Source of the DNA: a virus
Length of the DNA: 64,000 bases
Strand: one strand, 5' to 3'
Virus record (IMG/VR): IMGVR_UViG_3300009314_000007
Span: 32,001 to 96,000 of that record
The notes under the pieces: model-generated
Seen by the model: only the letters and a program-made list of their open reading frames with translations
Told to the model about the DNA's origin: nothing
Databases searched by the model: none
Program-made: the position numbers and the translations under genes
Shown: positions 8,985-18,641 of the stretch, piece by piece
Numbering within the stretch: position 1 is the first letter of the stretch
Layout of the letters: each line of letters begins with the position of its first letter

Positions 8985-9335
8985 ATGCTAACCGAGCGGA
9001 AACTGGCGGAGCTGATAAAGACCCCACTGGCCGATACGGCGTTGAGTCTGCGGACGGTCAATACCTTGGAGGATCATGGGATGCTTTATCTACATGAGCT
9101 GCTTCAATGTTGTGGGCGGCCCAGGAAGGCGTGCGACGATTGCAGGTGGTTCGTAGACGACCGTAGGACTTGCGGTCGAGAGACCAAGTTGATAGAGATT
9201 CCCAATTTTGGAACCAAGACGCTTGCCGAGGTGTTCAAGGTCCTGGAGGATCTGGGATTGCATCGCAGCAAGGAACACCCCACGCTGAAGAAGAAGAGAA
9301 GAAGGAGGAGAAAGAAACGTGTCCGACGCAAGTGA
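8985..9335 (+). CDS. Stand-alone RNA polymerase alpha C-terminal domain-like protein
   Basis: TPLADTALSLRTVNTLE and LIEIPNFGTKTLAEV match the alpha-CTD pattern; Cys-rich insert; poly-Lys/Arg tail. Confidence 0.8.
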   Translation: MLTERKLAELIKTPLADTALSLRTVNTLEDHGMLYLHELLQCCGRPRKACDDCRWFVDDRRTCGRETKLIEIPNFGTKTLAEVFKVLEDLGLHRSKEHPTLKKKRRRRRKKRVRRK

Positions 9336-9687
9336 GTCGCCGACCTATTACATCCTGGTCAAATTTGTTGGGCAGGGTAGGCGGAAGAAGCTGGAGTGGT
9401 ACAAGCCGCGAAACGCGATAGTGCCGCTCGTGTCTATCGAGGCGCATGTGGTACGCTTCGCGAGGATGTGTACCAAGATGCGATTGTACAAGCTCAGCGA
9501 GGACTTGCGGGACGCTGCACGGATTGGGGCGGGCGATGCCACGTTCCAGTATCCGCTAACGTTCCGGCTTACCCAGGCGCAGACTCGACTGGTGAAGCGA
9601 GCGCTGAAGTGTAAGGTGAGTCACTGGCTGAAACCTTCGCCGAAGGGCCTGGAGGGTCGTGGTGAACTACCAGGCGATGAGCACTGA
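9319..9687 (+). CDS. Hypothetical protein
   Basis: 122-aa ORF overlapping both neighbours. Confidence 0.55.
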   Translation: MSDASESPTYYILVKFVGQGRRKKLEWYKPRNAIVPLVSIEAHVVRFARMCTKMRLYKLSEDLRDAARIGAGDATFQYPLTFRLTQAQTRLVKRALKCKVSHWLKPSPKGLEGRGELPGDEH

Positions 9688-9937
9688 TGATTTGTGGGAT
9701 TACGTGGAGCAACACCCACAGGAGATGGAGGCGCGCTTTGCGCTTCTTGATCGGATGTCTGACGAGCACACGGATGAGGTGCAGCTTATTCGGCAGCACT
9801 TGCGATCAGGGAGGATAGCGCACGTGGACGCACTGCGGGTTGTTATGGATTTCGAGATCGACTGGGCCATGGTGACTGAGGCTCCGGATGAGCAAGCCAC
9901 TCGGGAGATTTTTCTAGCAGATATAGAGGAGGACTAG
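9677..9937 (+). CDS. Hypothetical protein
   Basis: 86 aa, acidic. Confidence 0.55.
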   Translation: MSTDDLWDYVEQHPQEMEARFALLDRMSDEHTDEVQLIRQHLRSGRIAHVDALRVVMDFEIDWAMVTEAPDEQATREIFLADIEED

Positions 9938-10159
9938 ATGAGCGCTATTGAAGCGAGTCAACAGTGTGACACTATCGTCGAGCTGATCGACGAGGAGGTG
10001 CCGGAGGAGGCTTTCGACAAGGCGGGCGAGATGTTCGAGAGCATTCGCAAGGGGGCTGTCGATATGCAAGAGAAGATCCAAACTTGGGGATCGGTGACCG
10101 AGGGACAGCAGACGGCTCTCGATAACTGGGAGGAGAATGTGCGGAAGTGGATTCACTGA
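9938..10159 (+). CDS. Hypothetical protein
   Basis: GAGG SD, abuts upstream stop. Confidence 0.65.
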   Translation: MSAIEASQQCDTIVELIDEEVPEEAFDKAGEMFESIRKGAVDMQEKIQTWGSVTEGQQTALDNWEENVRKWIH

Positions 10160-10195
10160 TGAAGATCAACTTGCAACAACCTTAGGAGATCGAGT

Positions 10196-10816
10196 ATGGC
10201 GAGATACGCGGAGTCCTCCCGGGCCGCCTACAACATTCTGATGAACGGATTCTCACACGGGCAGCGAATCATTTCCGCGGCTCGGTTGGAGTGTTTACGG
10301 TTCGTGTTGGAGAACTATCAGCGGCATCCCTACAACGGCATGATCTGCCGGGGGGATATTGAGAAGGACTACGCTCGTTGGCGTCGGCAACACGACTCGC
10401 CGATTCCTGGGGCCTCGTCCGATCCCAATACGATTGCCCGCCGGTTGACCGACTGTGTCAACATTGGCGTGTGCGCGTACATCGGGAAGAAAGCGGGGAG
10501 AAGCGCGAGAAGCGTGGACGTGCAGGCCGCAGTGCCAACACGACTGATTACGCCGCTGCGATTGCCGCAGCACGGAGACGGTACGAAACCGCCTGAGTTC
10601 TTGCTGCTCGTGCAGCACGGCACGCCGCAGATCTTTGGGCCGTTCGGTACGCAACGGGCCCTCTACGAAAATGCAGTCTACTTCATGGACGAGATGGAGT
10701 ATCCTGATACTGCATTTCTCATGGTGATTCGCAAGTTCGAGAGCGGGTCATGGTCGTATTCACTGAAGAGACTACGGAGGAGGCAGAGGGATGGCGATTC
10801 GCAGAGGACGAGCTGA
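10196..10816 (+). CDS. Putative winged-helix DNA-binding protein
   Basis: AGGAG SD; CRGDIE...TIARRLTDCVNIG. Confidence 0.55.
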   Translation: MARYAESSRAAYNILMNGFSHGQRIISAARLECLRFVLENYQRHPYNGMICRGDIEKDYARWRRQHDSPIPGASSDPNTIARRLTDCVNIGVCAYIGKKAGRSARSVDVQAAVPTRLITPLRLPQHGDGTKPPEFLLLVQHGTPQIFGPFGTQRALYENAVYFMDEMEYPDTAFLMVIRKFESGSWSYSLKRLRRRQRDGDSQRTS

Positions 10817-11321
10817 TACCCCCCGAGAGGCTTGGGACCATGTTCTGGCTTCTGGAGAGCTGAAGCCCGACGAGGGGGTGTGTGGTCGTTTCGCTTGGGA
10901 CAACTATTTTTGTCATGGTCGCGACGTGACTCGGGCAGAGATTGCGTTTCATTACCGGGATCGCGAGGGCAAACGCCAAAGGGCGAGGTCAATAGCCCGC
11001 AGACACGGGGAGCTAGTGCAGCGGGGTATCTGGCGAAAGACCGTGGAAAGGCCTCCGGATTACGACTCGAAGGCTGAGCCGTCTTGGGCGGCGGAGCCAA
11101 CGCGATTGGCGGTTGTTCGCCCGTTGCCGTCCGCCGAGAAAGGCCACTGGGTTGGGTGGCGAGACGCCGAGGGCGCTCACACGTATCCTGGGCGGTTCGG
11201 GGAATTAGCCGCAGCTCGGAGCTTCGCCGAACAGATGCGGCGAGAAGACGGGCATTCTCGTGGAAGTATGTTCATCCTGATCGTGCTACCCAACTGGGAG
11301 ATGCGGTCGATTCAGGTATAG
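10791..11321 (+). CDS. Putative winged-helix DNA-binding protein (paralog of upstream gene)
   Basis: TRAEIA...SIARRHGELVQRG. Confidence 0.55.
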   Translation: MAIRRGRADTPREAWDHVLASGELKPDEGVCGRFAWDNYFCHGRDVTRAEIAFHYRDREGKRQRARSIARRHGELVQRGIWRKTVERPPDYDSKAEPSWAAEPTRLAVVRPLPSAEKGHWVGWRDAEGAHTYPGRFGELAAARSFAEQMRREDGHSRGSMFILIVLPNWEMRSIQV

Positions 11322-11336
11322 CCAGGAGGTAACGGC

Positions 11337-11963
11337 GTGGCCCAGAAATCCGGATGCGTGTGTTCGGGTCACTGGGCACACAAGAAAGAACACTATGTCG
11401 TCACGCGGCGAGAAAAGGCCACGTCGCTGGACGGCAAGGAGGTGACGAGTAAATACTCAGAGATCAAGTGCATGCACTGCTACAGGAAGTGGCGCAGCAA
11501 CGCAGGGTACATAGCCAAGTTGCCGGATCACGTCGAACGGACGTGGGGGATGCTCACCGACGCGGATGTTCTCAAGCTGGTACGGGCAGGCCGTATCGAG
11601 GTGGACTTCGAGAAGGGCGTGATCTGGAAAGAAAGGCGGGCGGGCAAGACGTGGATGGGCTATATGATCAAGCTCACCGCTCGGACGAACCGCGGTGGCG
11701 AGCGGTGGGAGAGCGACAGGCCACGGGGAGATCCCTATAAGTTCGTGGTCGTGGTGAATAACGAGTGCCGTAAGGAGATCTCGGTGTCTCGATTGGTGTG
11801 GATGGCTTACCACGACCAGTTGATACCGGAAGGCTTTGACGTGGACCATTTCGATAGAAACAAGGAGAATAACGCCATCGACAATCTTCGCTTGCTGGAG
11901 GCGACTCACAACAGGAGTGATAATGGTGACGGCGAACGAGAGTGGGACGAAGACGACTTCTAA
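11337..11963 (+). CDS. HNH endonuclease
   Basis: GGAGGT SD; SRLVWMAY..IPEGFDVDHFDRNKENNAIDNLRLL. Confidence 0.85.
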   Translation: MAQKSGCVCSGHWAHKKEHYVVTRREKATSLDGKEVTSKYSEIKCMHCYRKWRSNAGYIAKLPDHVERTWGMLTDADVLKLVRAGRIEVDFEKGVIWKERRAGKTWMGYMIKLTARTNRGGERWESDRPRGDPYKFVVVVNNECRKEISVSRLVWMAYHDQLIPEGFDVDHFDRNKENNAIDNLRLLEATHNRSDNGDGEREWDEDDF

Positions 11964-12666
11964 GCGAACGGACCTGCCCCCGCCGAGGATTGAGAATCGC
12001 CAGCTCCAACTCTTCGAGACTCGCTTGTTGAACCACGGAGCCTGTCGCCACTTCGCTGGTGACTTCTATGAGCTGGCCACGGTGGCGCTGGTGGGTGGAC
12101 AGCGGTTGCGGACAAACAGCCAGTATGCGACGTGCCCCGACATTCAGTGGCGGGACGAGATCTGCTTCGAGTGCAAGAGTGTGGGTAATACCAACTCTGC
12201 TATCTTGTACGAGATTCGCGTTCAGCGGGACATTGAGTTCGTGCAGCGCGGGTATCAGCTCTACTACTGGTTCTGGCACCATCGGCACCAGGTGGCACAG
12301 TCCCAGTTGATCTCCGAGTTGAATCGCGGCTTGGCGGAGAACATTCGCGAGGTGGTCGTGATTCCCTTCGACGCCATGGCTCGCTGGCTGCGAGGGCGGC
12401 CGGTTAAGGTGATGAACACCGGGCAGGTTTCGAGTAGGGGGAAGAAAGTTGGTTGGGGCAGCAGAGGCTACGGAATGGGCTGGGGAGTGCCCGTGAGCGC
12501 AATGAAAGAGCTGACCACAACGAAGTGGTCGGTGCGGGGATTGAAAGCGGAGGGAGAGAAGTTCCCGGACTTTTCTTTGTTTGGAGACTCTAACATGGAG
12601 TTTCTTGCTTGCCCGCTGAGTGGCGCAGGCACCCGTACGTTTTCGAGAGATGAGACCACAGACTAA
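11923..12666 (+). CDS. PD-(D/E)xK nuclease-fold protein
   Basis: GDFYE...CPDI..CFECKSVG. Confidence 0.6.
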   Translation: MVTANESGTKTTSKRTDLPPPRIENRQLQLFETRLLNHGACRHFAGDFYELATVALVGGQRLRTNSQYATCPDIQWRDEICFECKSVGNTNSAILYEIRVQRDIEFVQRGYQLYYWFWHHRHQVAQSQLISELNRGLAENIREVVVIPFDAMARWLRGRPVKVMNTGQVSSRGKKVGWGSRGYGMGWGVPVSAMKELTTTKWSVRGLKAEGEKFPDFSLFGDSNMEFLACPLSGAGTRTFSRDETTD

Positions 12667-12700
12667 TCTAAGCAATCGTTTTTCAAATGGAGACGCACAG

Positions 12701-13111
12701 ATGGAGAAACCTATTCAATTCGCACTGTCCTCACCCTTCAATCTTTTCCCGGATGGACCCACGGCGACTCTCGTGGTCGGGGTGGGGCTTGCGGAGTACG
12801 CGGATGGCAAGGGCCGCGCCGTGTTCCTGATCTTCAAGAAAGAGAAGCCCGAGGACCAGAGCGGCGGCAAGCAGTTGAGTGTCAGCCTGCCGCAGCACGC
12901 GGGGCAGCTCGACGCGACTGCGGACGAGTTCTTCCTGAAGGACTGGGCCGACAACGAGCAGGCCGCCCAGGTCTGCTTGCGAGAAGGACTAATCGTGGAC
13001 ATCGGCAAAGCACCCGTGCAAGCTGGTGATCGGCAGGTGAAGGCATGCCGGATCGACCGCAGCAAGCTGCGAGAGATGACGCCCGCGGAGCTGGAACTGT
13101 ACAAGCCGTGA
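12701..13111 (+). CDS. Hypothetical protein
   Basis: GGAG SD, 136 aa. Confidence 0.65.
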   Translation: MEKPIQFALSSPFNLFPDGPTATLVVGVGLAEYADGKGRAVFLIFKKEKPEDQSGGKQLSVSLPQHAGQLDATADEFFLKDWADNEQAAQVCLREGLIVDIGKAPVQAGDRQVKACRIDRSKLREMTPAELELYKP

Positions 13112-13842
13112 GTGAAGCGAACAAGCTCTACGCTCGGTGGTATCGCAAACAGTGGTCTGCGGTTGGCGCCTACTTGCGGGAGCAGGACCGGGTGATTTTC
13201 GCGGAGCAGTCGAGGTTGATTCGAGCCGCTCAGAAGCGGCGACAACCTCGACGCCGGAAAAACTTCGATAAGCTGCCGGAGGATCTTCAAGAGGAGATTC
13301 ATCAGCAGCTACTGAAGCAGTTCGCCGATGTGATCCGGATTCGTGACGCGGTGAGAAAAGCACGGAGGGTTCGAGCGGCGAGGCTGCAAACACTGTGGCC
13401 GCGGGTGACCTTCGAGCCGCTTCCGAACATCTGGCAGCAGGTGGATTATTGCAGCTCAAACACCTACCGCTCGCAGGGATGGGGGAAGAACAAGTACGCC
13501 CGGGGTTCGCTGCTGATGTACGAGGAGCTGTTGAAGGAGCACGGGTACGACTGCGACGTGTATCGCGTGTTCGAGAGTCGCGTTGAAGGGCGGCACTATC
13601 CGGGGGCCGGGTACTTGCCGTCCGAGACGTATTATGGGTATGCGCTGTATGCCAACATTGAAGATTGGCGGTATCATGCTTTGATCCGCCGGGGGCTTTC
13701 GACGGAAGAAGAGATCGAGTTGCTGGAGAAACACGGCAGCTTGAACGTGATGGTGTACAACCCGTTTCTTAACCCCACCGAGGTCATGGAGTTGTGGGCG
13801 AAGATTCGCGAGAAGCGGCGGAAAGGAGTAGGACAGGCATGA
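13108..13842 (+). CDS. Hypothetical protein
   Basis: GTGA-coupled start, 244 aa. Confidence 0.65.
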   Translation: MSEANKLYARWYRKQWSAVGAYLREQDRVIFAEQSRLIRAAQKRRQPRRRKNFDKLPEDLQEEIHQQLLKQFADVIRIRDAVRKARRVRAARLQTLWPRVTFEPLPNIWQQVDYCSSNTYRSQGWGKNKYARGSLLMYEELLKEHGYDCDVYRVFESRVEGRHYPGAGYLPSETYYGYALYANIEDWRYHALIRRGLSTEEEIELLEKHGSLNVMVYNPFLNPTEVMELWAKIREKRRKGVGQA

Positions 13843-14027
13843 AACCACTGCGACAGATCGTGAAGAGAGAGCGGTACTTCCCAATGTCAGCTCCCACCGG
13901 CACCGGGTCGGTGATGCTGACGTTGGAGTGCGGCCACGAGGTGCATTGCAAACAGAGCAAGGAGCCCAAGTACCGGGCGAGGTGCTGGTACTGTCCAGAC
14001 AGGGAGACGAATGATGGCGACGGTTAG
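13839..14027 (+). CDS. Small Zn-finger-like protein
   Basis: LECGH...RCWYC. Confidence 0.6.
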   Translation: MKPLRQIVKRERYFPMSAPTGTGSVMLTLECGHEVHCKQSKEPKYRARCWYCPDRETNDGDG

Positions 14028-14472
14028 TCTATACACGTTTCAGGACCGCGAGGGCTGCGAGCAGACTTTCACCACTTTCAGCGCCAGGGAGGCGAAGGAA
14101 GTGGCGGAGAAGAACAACTGGCTCTGTTTCGACAACGAGTACGAATACTCGGATCGGAACGTAGCTTGGGATTGCACGGGTAATCACATCTTGTGGGCGG
14201 CGTGCGAATTGGGGTATATGGTTCAAGTGTTCAAGGGCGGCGAGGAGGAGCCGGAGCACGAGTATCGAGCTGGAAATAGCCCGCGGTGCTCGCAGCCCTA
14301 CGTGCCGCTGGAGGGTCGGCAGGTGTCCTTGGAACAGCTCCGCAGGTTTGCCGAGCAGACTGCGGTGGAGCTGGCACGGGAGTACCATGTGACTCCGTTG
14401 GAGAACATTCACGAGGACGCCGAGGTGCTTGAGCGATTGAAAGAGGAGCTTGGCATAGCAAGCGAAACGTGA
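14011..14472 (+). CDS. Hypothetical protein
   Basis: GGAG SD, 153 aa. Confidence 0.65.
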   Translation: MMATVSLYTFQDREGCEQTFTTFSAREAKEVAEKNNWLCFDNEYEYSDRNVAWDCTGNHILWAACELGYMVQVFKGGEEEPEHEYRAGNSPRCSQPYVPLEGRQVSLEQLRRFAEQTAVELAREYHVTPLENIHEDAEVLERLKEELGIASET

Positions 14473-14501
14473 TATAAGCCGACAGCAACAAGGAGGTTGC
14501 G

Positions 14502-14723
14502 ATGAAAGCGTCAGGACCCCGGGCGAAGCAGAAGTATGCCGATCTTCCGGATCACATCAAGCAGGTGGCCAGCGTTCCGGGCGTTGTCTCCTGCTTGAAG
14601 TGCCGGAAGTTGTTCAAGTCTCCGGACCGTATTCGGATTCGCCTTTGCGGGAAATGTGGCGACGAGAACCTGGACGAGTTTTGTAGCCGGTCAACACCTT
14701 TGACGGAGGGTACTCTTGAGTAA
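14502..14723 (+). CDS. Small Cys4 Zn-binding protein
   Basis: AAGGAGGT SD; CLKC...F.S....RLCGKC. Confidence 0.7.
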   Translation: MKASGPRAKQKYADLPDHIKQVASVPGVVSCLKCRKLFKSPDRIRIRLCGKCGDENLDEFCSRSTPLTEGTLE

Positions 14724-14725
14724 CC

Positions 14726-14741
14726 ACAATAACGTTATTGC
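14726..14741. repeat. Dispersed 16-bp palindrome copy 2 (ACAATAACGTTATTGC)
   Basis: Intergenic, 20 bp upstream of the SbcD-like start. Confidence 0.9.
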
Positions 14742-14761
14742 TAACGAAGTGAGAGGAAAGC

Positions 14762-15934
14762 ATGGCGAACAATAAGCGGCTCGCGATGATCACGGCGGAT
14801 CTTCACCTGGACGATTACGCTTGGGCTGATCGACCGACACTGTCGGGAGATTCCCGGTGGTCGTTTCAGTGGATCTGCGATAAGGCGGAGAAGTTTGGCA
14901 ATCCCAGCGCGGCGAGTCCCAGCTTCTGCGTCATCGCGGCGGGGGATCTGGTCGAGAAGAAACGAAACGAGTCGGGTCCGGTCCACTTCATTCGGCGCAG
15001 GATGGAGCAATTGGAAAACGGCGATCCCAAGTCCGTGGGCTTCTACTACATTCAGGGGCAGCATGACATGCAGGATGAGCCGTGGTTCGGTTCAGCACAC
15101 CGCTGGCCGGAGCATATCCACGAGCCATCTGACGGTTATTGCTATGATCTGGGCGGGTACAAGCTGTGGGGAATCGACTGGACGCCCCCAGATCGCTTGC
15201 AGGAGGCCCTGGATAGGGTTCCCGAGGACACGGATATTCTGGTCATGCACCAGGTGTGTCACGAGTTCATGGGTTCCGTCGCGGCGCCCGAGTTGAGTTT
15301 CGACCGCATTCCGCATGCGAGGTTGCTGATCGTTGGCGACTACCACAAGCGAGTGAAGCTCGAAACACGGGGAGCCCACGGACAAAAGTTGACGGTGCTT
15401 TCTCCGGGCAGTACGAATCTGCGGGAGATCAGCGAGCAGCGGGACAAGGCGGTCTTCATGCTGTACGAGGATCTGAGTGTGAAGGTCGCGAAGATTCCCA
15501 CGAGGGCGGTGATCGAGACGCCGGACCTGCTCATGGAGGAGGCGGTCGAGGATCTCCTGGAGGAACTCGATACGTTAATCGACGCCGCGCAGGTTCGGGC
15601 GGTGAAAGCCGGTTTGCCCGTGGAATTGCACAGGCCGATCATCTACGTTCGGTATCATCGACGACTGGTCGGTACGGAGCCGCGGCTACTGAAGGCCATT
15701 GACCGGCGAGCCCACCTGTTCACCAAGGTGATCGGGGAGCTGGCGGAGGGTGAGGAGGGTGAGTCCGAGGAACTCGATCTGGGTGAGGAGGGTCTCACAC
15801 TTCTCGGGTGCTTGCCGGAGGAGGTGGACGAAGACCAGGAGCCGGGGGTGTTTGAAGGTCTCCAGCGACTGCTCAGCACGGACGAGCCCGCTGTGGAGTT
15901 GTCCAAGATGCGGGCGGAGCACTTGGATGCTTAG
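14762..15934 (+). CDS. sbcD: Mre11/SbcD-like metallophosphoesterase nuclease
   Basis: TADLHL, AGDLVE, QGQHD, VMHQ, GDYHK, SPGS motifs. Confidence 0.88.
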   Translation: MANNKRLAMITADLHLDDYAWADRPTLSGDSRWSFQWICDKAEKFGNPSAASPSFCVIAAGDLVEKKRNESGPVHFIRRRMEQLENGDPKSVGFYYIQGQHDMQDEPWFGSAHRWPEHIHEPSDGYCYDLGGYKLWGIDWTPPDRLQEALDRVPEDTDILVMHQVCHEFMGSVAAPELSFDRIPHARLLIVGDYHKRVKLETRGAHGQKLTVLSPGSTNLREISEQRDKAVFMLYEDLSVKVAKIPTRAVIETPDLLMEEAVEDLLEELDTLIDAAQVRAVKAGLPVELHRPIIYVRYHRRLVGTEPRLLKAIDRRAHLFTKVIGELAEGEEGESEELDLGEEGLTLLGCLPEEVDEDQEPGVFEGLQRLLSTDEPAVELSKMRAEHLDA

Positions 15935-16157
15935 GTTCTATGCCGAGAGCGACGGCGACCCGGGGCGTATGTCTTACTACGTTGTGGACTCGTACGCCGA
16001 TCCCCTGGGTGATCATCGTCGCACCGATTGTGCAAGTCGCGGGGAGGCTCGCAAGCTGGCTCGCGAGTTTAATGCAAACCCCCCGTGGCCCGCTTGGGAC
16101 ACAATTCAAGAGGCTCGGGACAAGGAGAAAGTGGATGCCAAAGCAACCGATAAGTAG
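15927..16157 (+). CDS. Hypothetical protein
   Basis: 76 aa, overlaps sbcD stop. Confidence 0.5.
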   Translation: MLRFYAESDGDPGRMSYYVVDSYADPLGDHRRTDCASRGEARKLAREFNANPPWPAWDTIQEARDKEKVDAKATDK

Positions 16158-16485
16158 AGGGAAGTTCGAGGAGCATACTGGCTTGGTGTTAGAGGCAGTT
16201 GTGGACGGAGCCATCGTGTTTCACGATAGCGCAGCGATGTTCGAGCAACTCGCTGAGGAGCAACGGAGTTGGTTCGTAGCGCATGCAAGTTTACGATTGC
16301 GGTACATGTATGCGAATAAGCCCCAGTTTCGCCAGCTACTAAGAGGTTCGGGAAATGGTGGGCGGGATAGGTGCTACACGTGGGTCGAGCACTGGCTCGA
16401 AGCGTACTTGCGGGACCCGCAGGTTTATCGGGAGAGACACTCATCTACGATGTTTGATGGGGAGGAGACAATATGCGGCTGTTGA
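16135..16485 (+). CDS. Hypothetical protein
   Basis: AAGGAG SD, 116 aa. Confidence 0.6.
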   Translation: MPKQPISRGKFEEHTGLVLEAVVDGAIVFHDSAAMFEQLAEEQRSWFVAHASLRLRYMYANKPQFRQLLRGSGNGGRDRCYTWVEHWLEAYLRDPQVYRERHSSTMFDGEETICGC

Positions 16486-18635
16486 GTTTGGAGTTGCGGC
16501 AGATATGCCAACACGAGTCGCTTAACTGGGATTTCCAGCCAGGACTGATCGGGATCTTTGGTCCCAACGGTTCCGGTAAGTCCACCGCGATCAATGCGGG
16601 GCCGTATTTGGCCCTGACGAACGATTACGCTCGGGTCGTGGGCGGCAAGGCGGGGGCGATCCGCCAGCAGGCGGAGGCTCACGAGCTGTCCTGGGTCAAG
16701 CTCTGCGCAGAGCACCAGGGCACTGAGTTCGAGGTAAGCCGGACGCTGCAACCCGGCAGCAAGCATCGACTGGTGTGTCCGGCGTTGGAGAAACCGCTCA
16801 CCAAGGCCAACGAGATTCGGGATTGGCTTGAGCGGACGCTTGGGATGGATCGCACGCTCACCGACGATTATCTGTTTGTCGGGCAGAGCGATCTCACCGC
16901 TCCATTCAACGAGTCTTCGACGGTGCGAGCTAAGAGTTTGGCCCGGCTGTGCCGGACCACGCACGGCGAGGCGTGTTGGGAGGCCCTGGGTAAGCAGATT
17001 GAAGCTGATCGGCCGCTTGCGGGCCAGGTGATCGACACCTCCGATGGGATTCGCAAGCGGGTCAGTGAGTACAAGGCCAAGCTGAAGCAGGCCAAGAAGG
17101 AGAAGTCCGCAGCCAGCAAGAGGCGGCTCAAGGCGCAGGACCGCAAGATTGCGCAGAATGCTTTGGATCGACGGGCGACTCGCGACCGCTTGCTCGAAGA
17201 GCGCGTCGGGGCAAAGTCAAAAGAGACTGGGCTGCTCGAAAAGACCAAGGCGGCTTTCAGGGCGGCCCGGGAGGCGGAGCACGCCGCGGCGGTGGCCCAG
17301 GAGAACCTGACGACTGCGGAGGGTTTGGAGCGGGATGCCGCGGAGCAGCTCAGGACGTATCGAGCCGACAAGAAGAGGTGGGAGCGGCGGCTCGCGAGGG
17401 AGACCGAGTACAACGAGCTGTCGCAGAGAGTCATACCGTCGCCGCAGAAGCCGGATCTCCCGGATGAGGACACTTTGAGAACCAACTGGTCCGAAGCGAA
17501 AGCGGATGTGACTCGGTGGTCCAAGTGGATCGAGACCGCCGAGGCGGGCCTGGCTGAGTGCCACGAGTGTGGTTCGGATCTGCGCGGGGACGCCGCGGCG
17601 GAGAGGCTGGCGACTATCAAGCGGGAGCTTCCGGCTCGCAAAAAGGAGGAAGAGGCTCGCCACGAGCAGCTCGCCGTGTGGCGGAGGTATAACGCGGCTC
17701 TGACCAAGGCCGCCGCCGAGACCACGGCGCACAACAAGCTACTGACCGCTGCACGTGTTGCGGCGGAAGAGTACAGCGAGGTCGAGGAGCCGGAGGAGAT
17801 CAACGAGGGTCACTTACAGGCCACCGTCAGCGCGGCGGTGGCTGCTCGCATACTGTTCAGCGGCGACCCGAACGACGAGGACGACGGGGGGCTCATTGGC
17901 GCGAGCCGAGAGGCTGACGAGAAGAAGAGCGAGTTGAAGGGCAAGCACCGTGCGGCCAAGGAGCGACTCGCCGAGATCGAGAAGCAGCTCCAGGAGAATG
18001 AGGTTGGTGACGAGGAGGTCGCCGAGGCTCAGCGTCTCCTCGACATTGATGCGGAAGCGAAGCAGCAGGTTGCTGTCGCGGAGAACTCGATTGCGGTTCA
18101 TCAGAACTCGATTGCGGAGCAAGAGGAAGAACTGGGGCGGGTACAGGCTTTGCTCTCCAGGAGCGGGCGGGCCCAGACTTGGTTGCGAAAACAGGAGAGA
18201 ATGCGAGAGGTATTGCACCGGGACAACTTGCCCCGACGAGTGCATCGACGAGCGCTACGTCGCATGGAAAGCGGCATAAACGAGACTTTGGAGCAGTTCG
18301 ATAGTCCCTTCTGGGTGCGAACAGATGAGGAGTTGCGCTTCATAGCGCATTTCCCAAATGGTACCGTGATGCCGGGAGAAGGCCTGTCGGGCGGGGAGCA
18401 ATCCGTGCTGGCGTTGGCTTACCGGTGGACTCTGAACTCCATGTTCGCGAGTCAAATTGGTATGCTGGTGTTGGACGAGCCTACGGCTTGGATCGACGCA
18501 AGAAACTTGGACTGTCTGGAAGCGGCTCTGACCAACCTACGGGGACTGGTGCGAGCCCAGGGATACCAAGTGATCATCATTACACACCACCAACAACTCC
18601 AGAGGGTGTTTGACCAGGTGATCACACTCGAATAA
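16473..18635 (+). CDS. sbcC: Rad50/SbcC-like SMC-family ATPase
   Basis: GPNGSGKST, coiled coils, CHEC zinc hook, LSGGE, LVLDEPT, IITH. Confidence 0.93.
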   Translation: MRLLSLELRQICQHESLNWDFQPGLIGIFGPNGSGKSTAINAGPYLALTNDYARVVGGKAGAIRQQAEAHELSWVKLCAEHQGTEFEVSRTLQPGSKHRLVCPALEKPLTKANEIRDWLERTLGMDRTLTDDYLFVGQSDLTAPFNESSTVRAKSLARLCRTTHGEACWEALGKQIEADRPLAGQVIDTSDGIRKRVSEYKAKLKQAKKEKSAASKRRLKAQDRKIAQNALDRRATRDRLLEERVGAKSKETGLLEKTKAAFRAAREAEHAAAVAQENLTTAEGLERDAAEQLRTYRADKKRWERRLARETEYNELSQRVIPSPQKPDLPDEDTLRTNWSEAKADVTRWSKWIETAEAGLAECHECGSDLRGDAAAERLATIKRELPARKKEEEARHEQLAVWRRYNAALTKAAAETTAHNKLLTAARVAAEEYSEVEEPEEINEGHLQATVSAAVAARILFSGDPNDEDDGGLIGASREADEKKSELKGKHRAAKERLAEIEKQLQENEVGDEEVAEAQRLLDIDAEAKQQVAVAENSIAVHQNSIAEQEEELGRVQALLSRSGRAQTWLRKQERMREVLHRDNLPRRVHRRALRRMESGINETLEQFDSPFWVRTDEELRFIAHFPNGTVMPGEGLSGGEQSVLALAYRWTLNSMFASQIGMLVLDEPTAWIDARNLDCLEAALTNLRGLVRAQGYQVIIITHHQQLQRVFDQVITLE

Positions 18636-18641
18636 GGTAGC

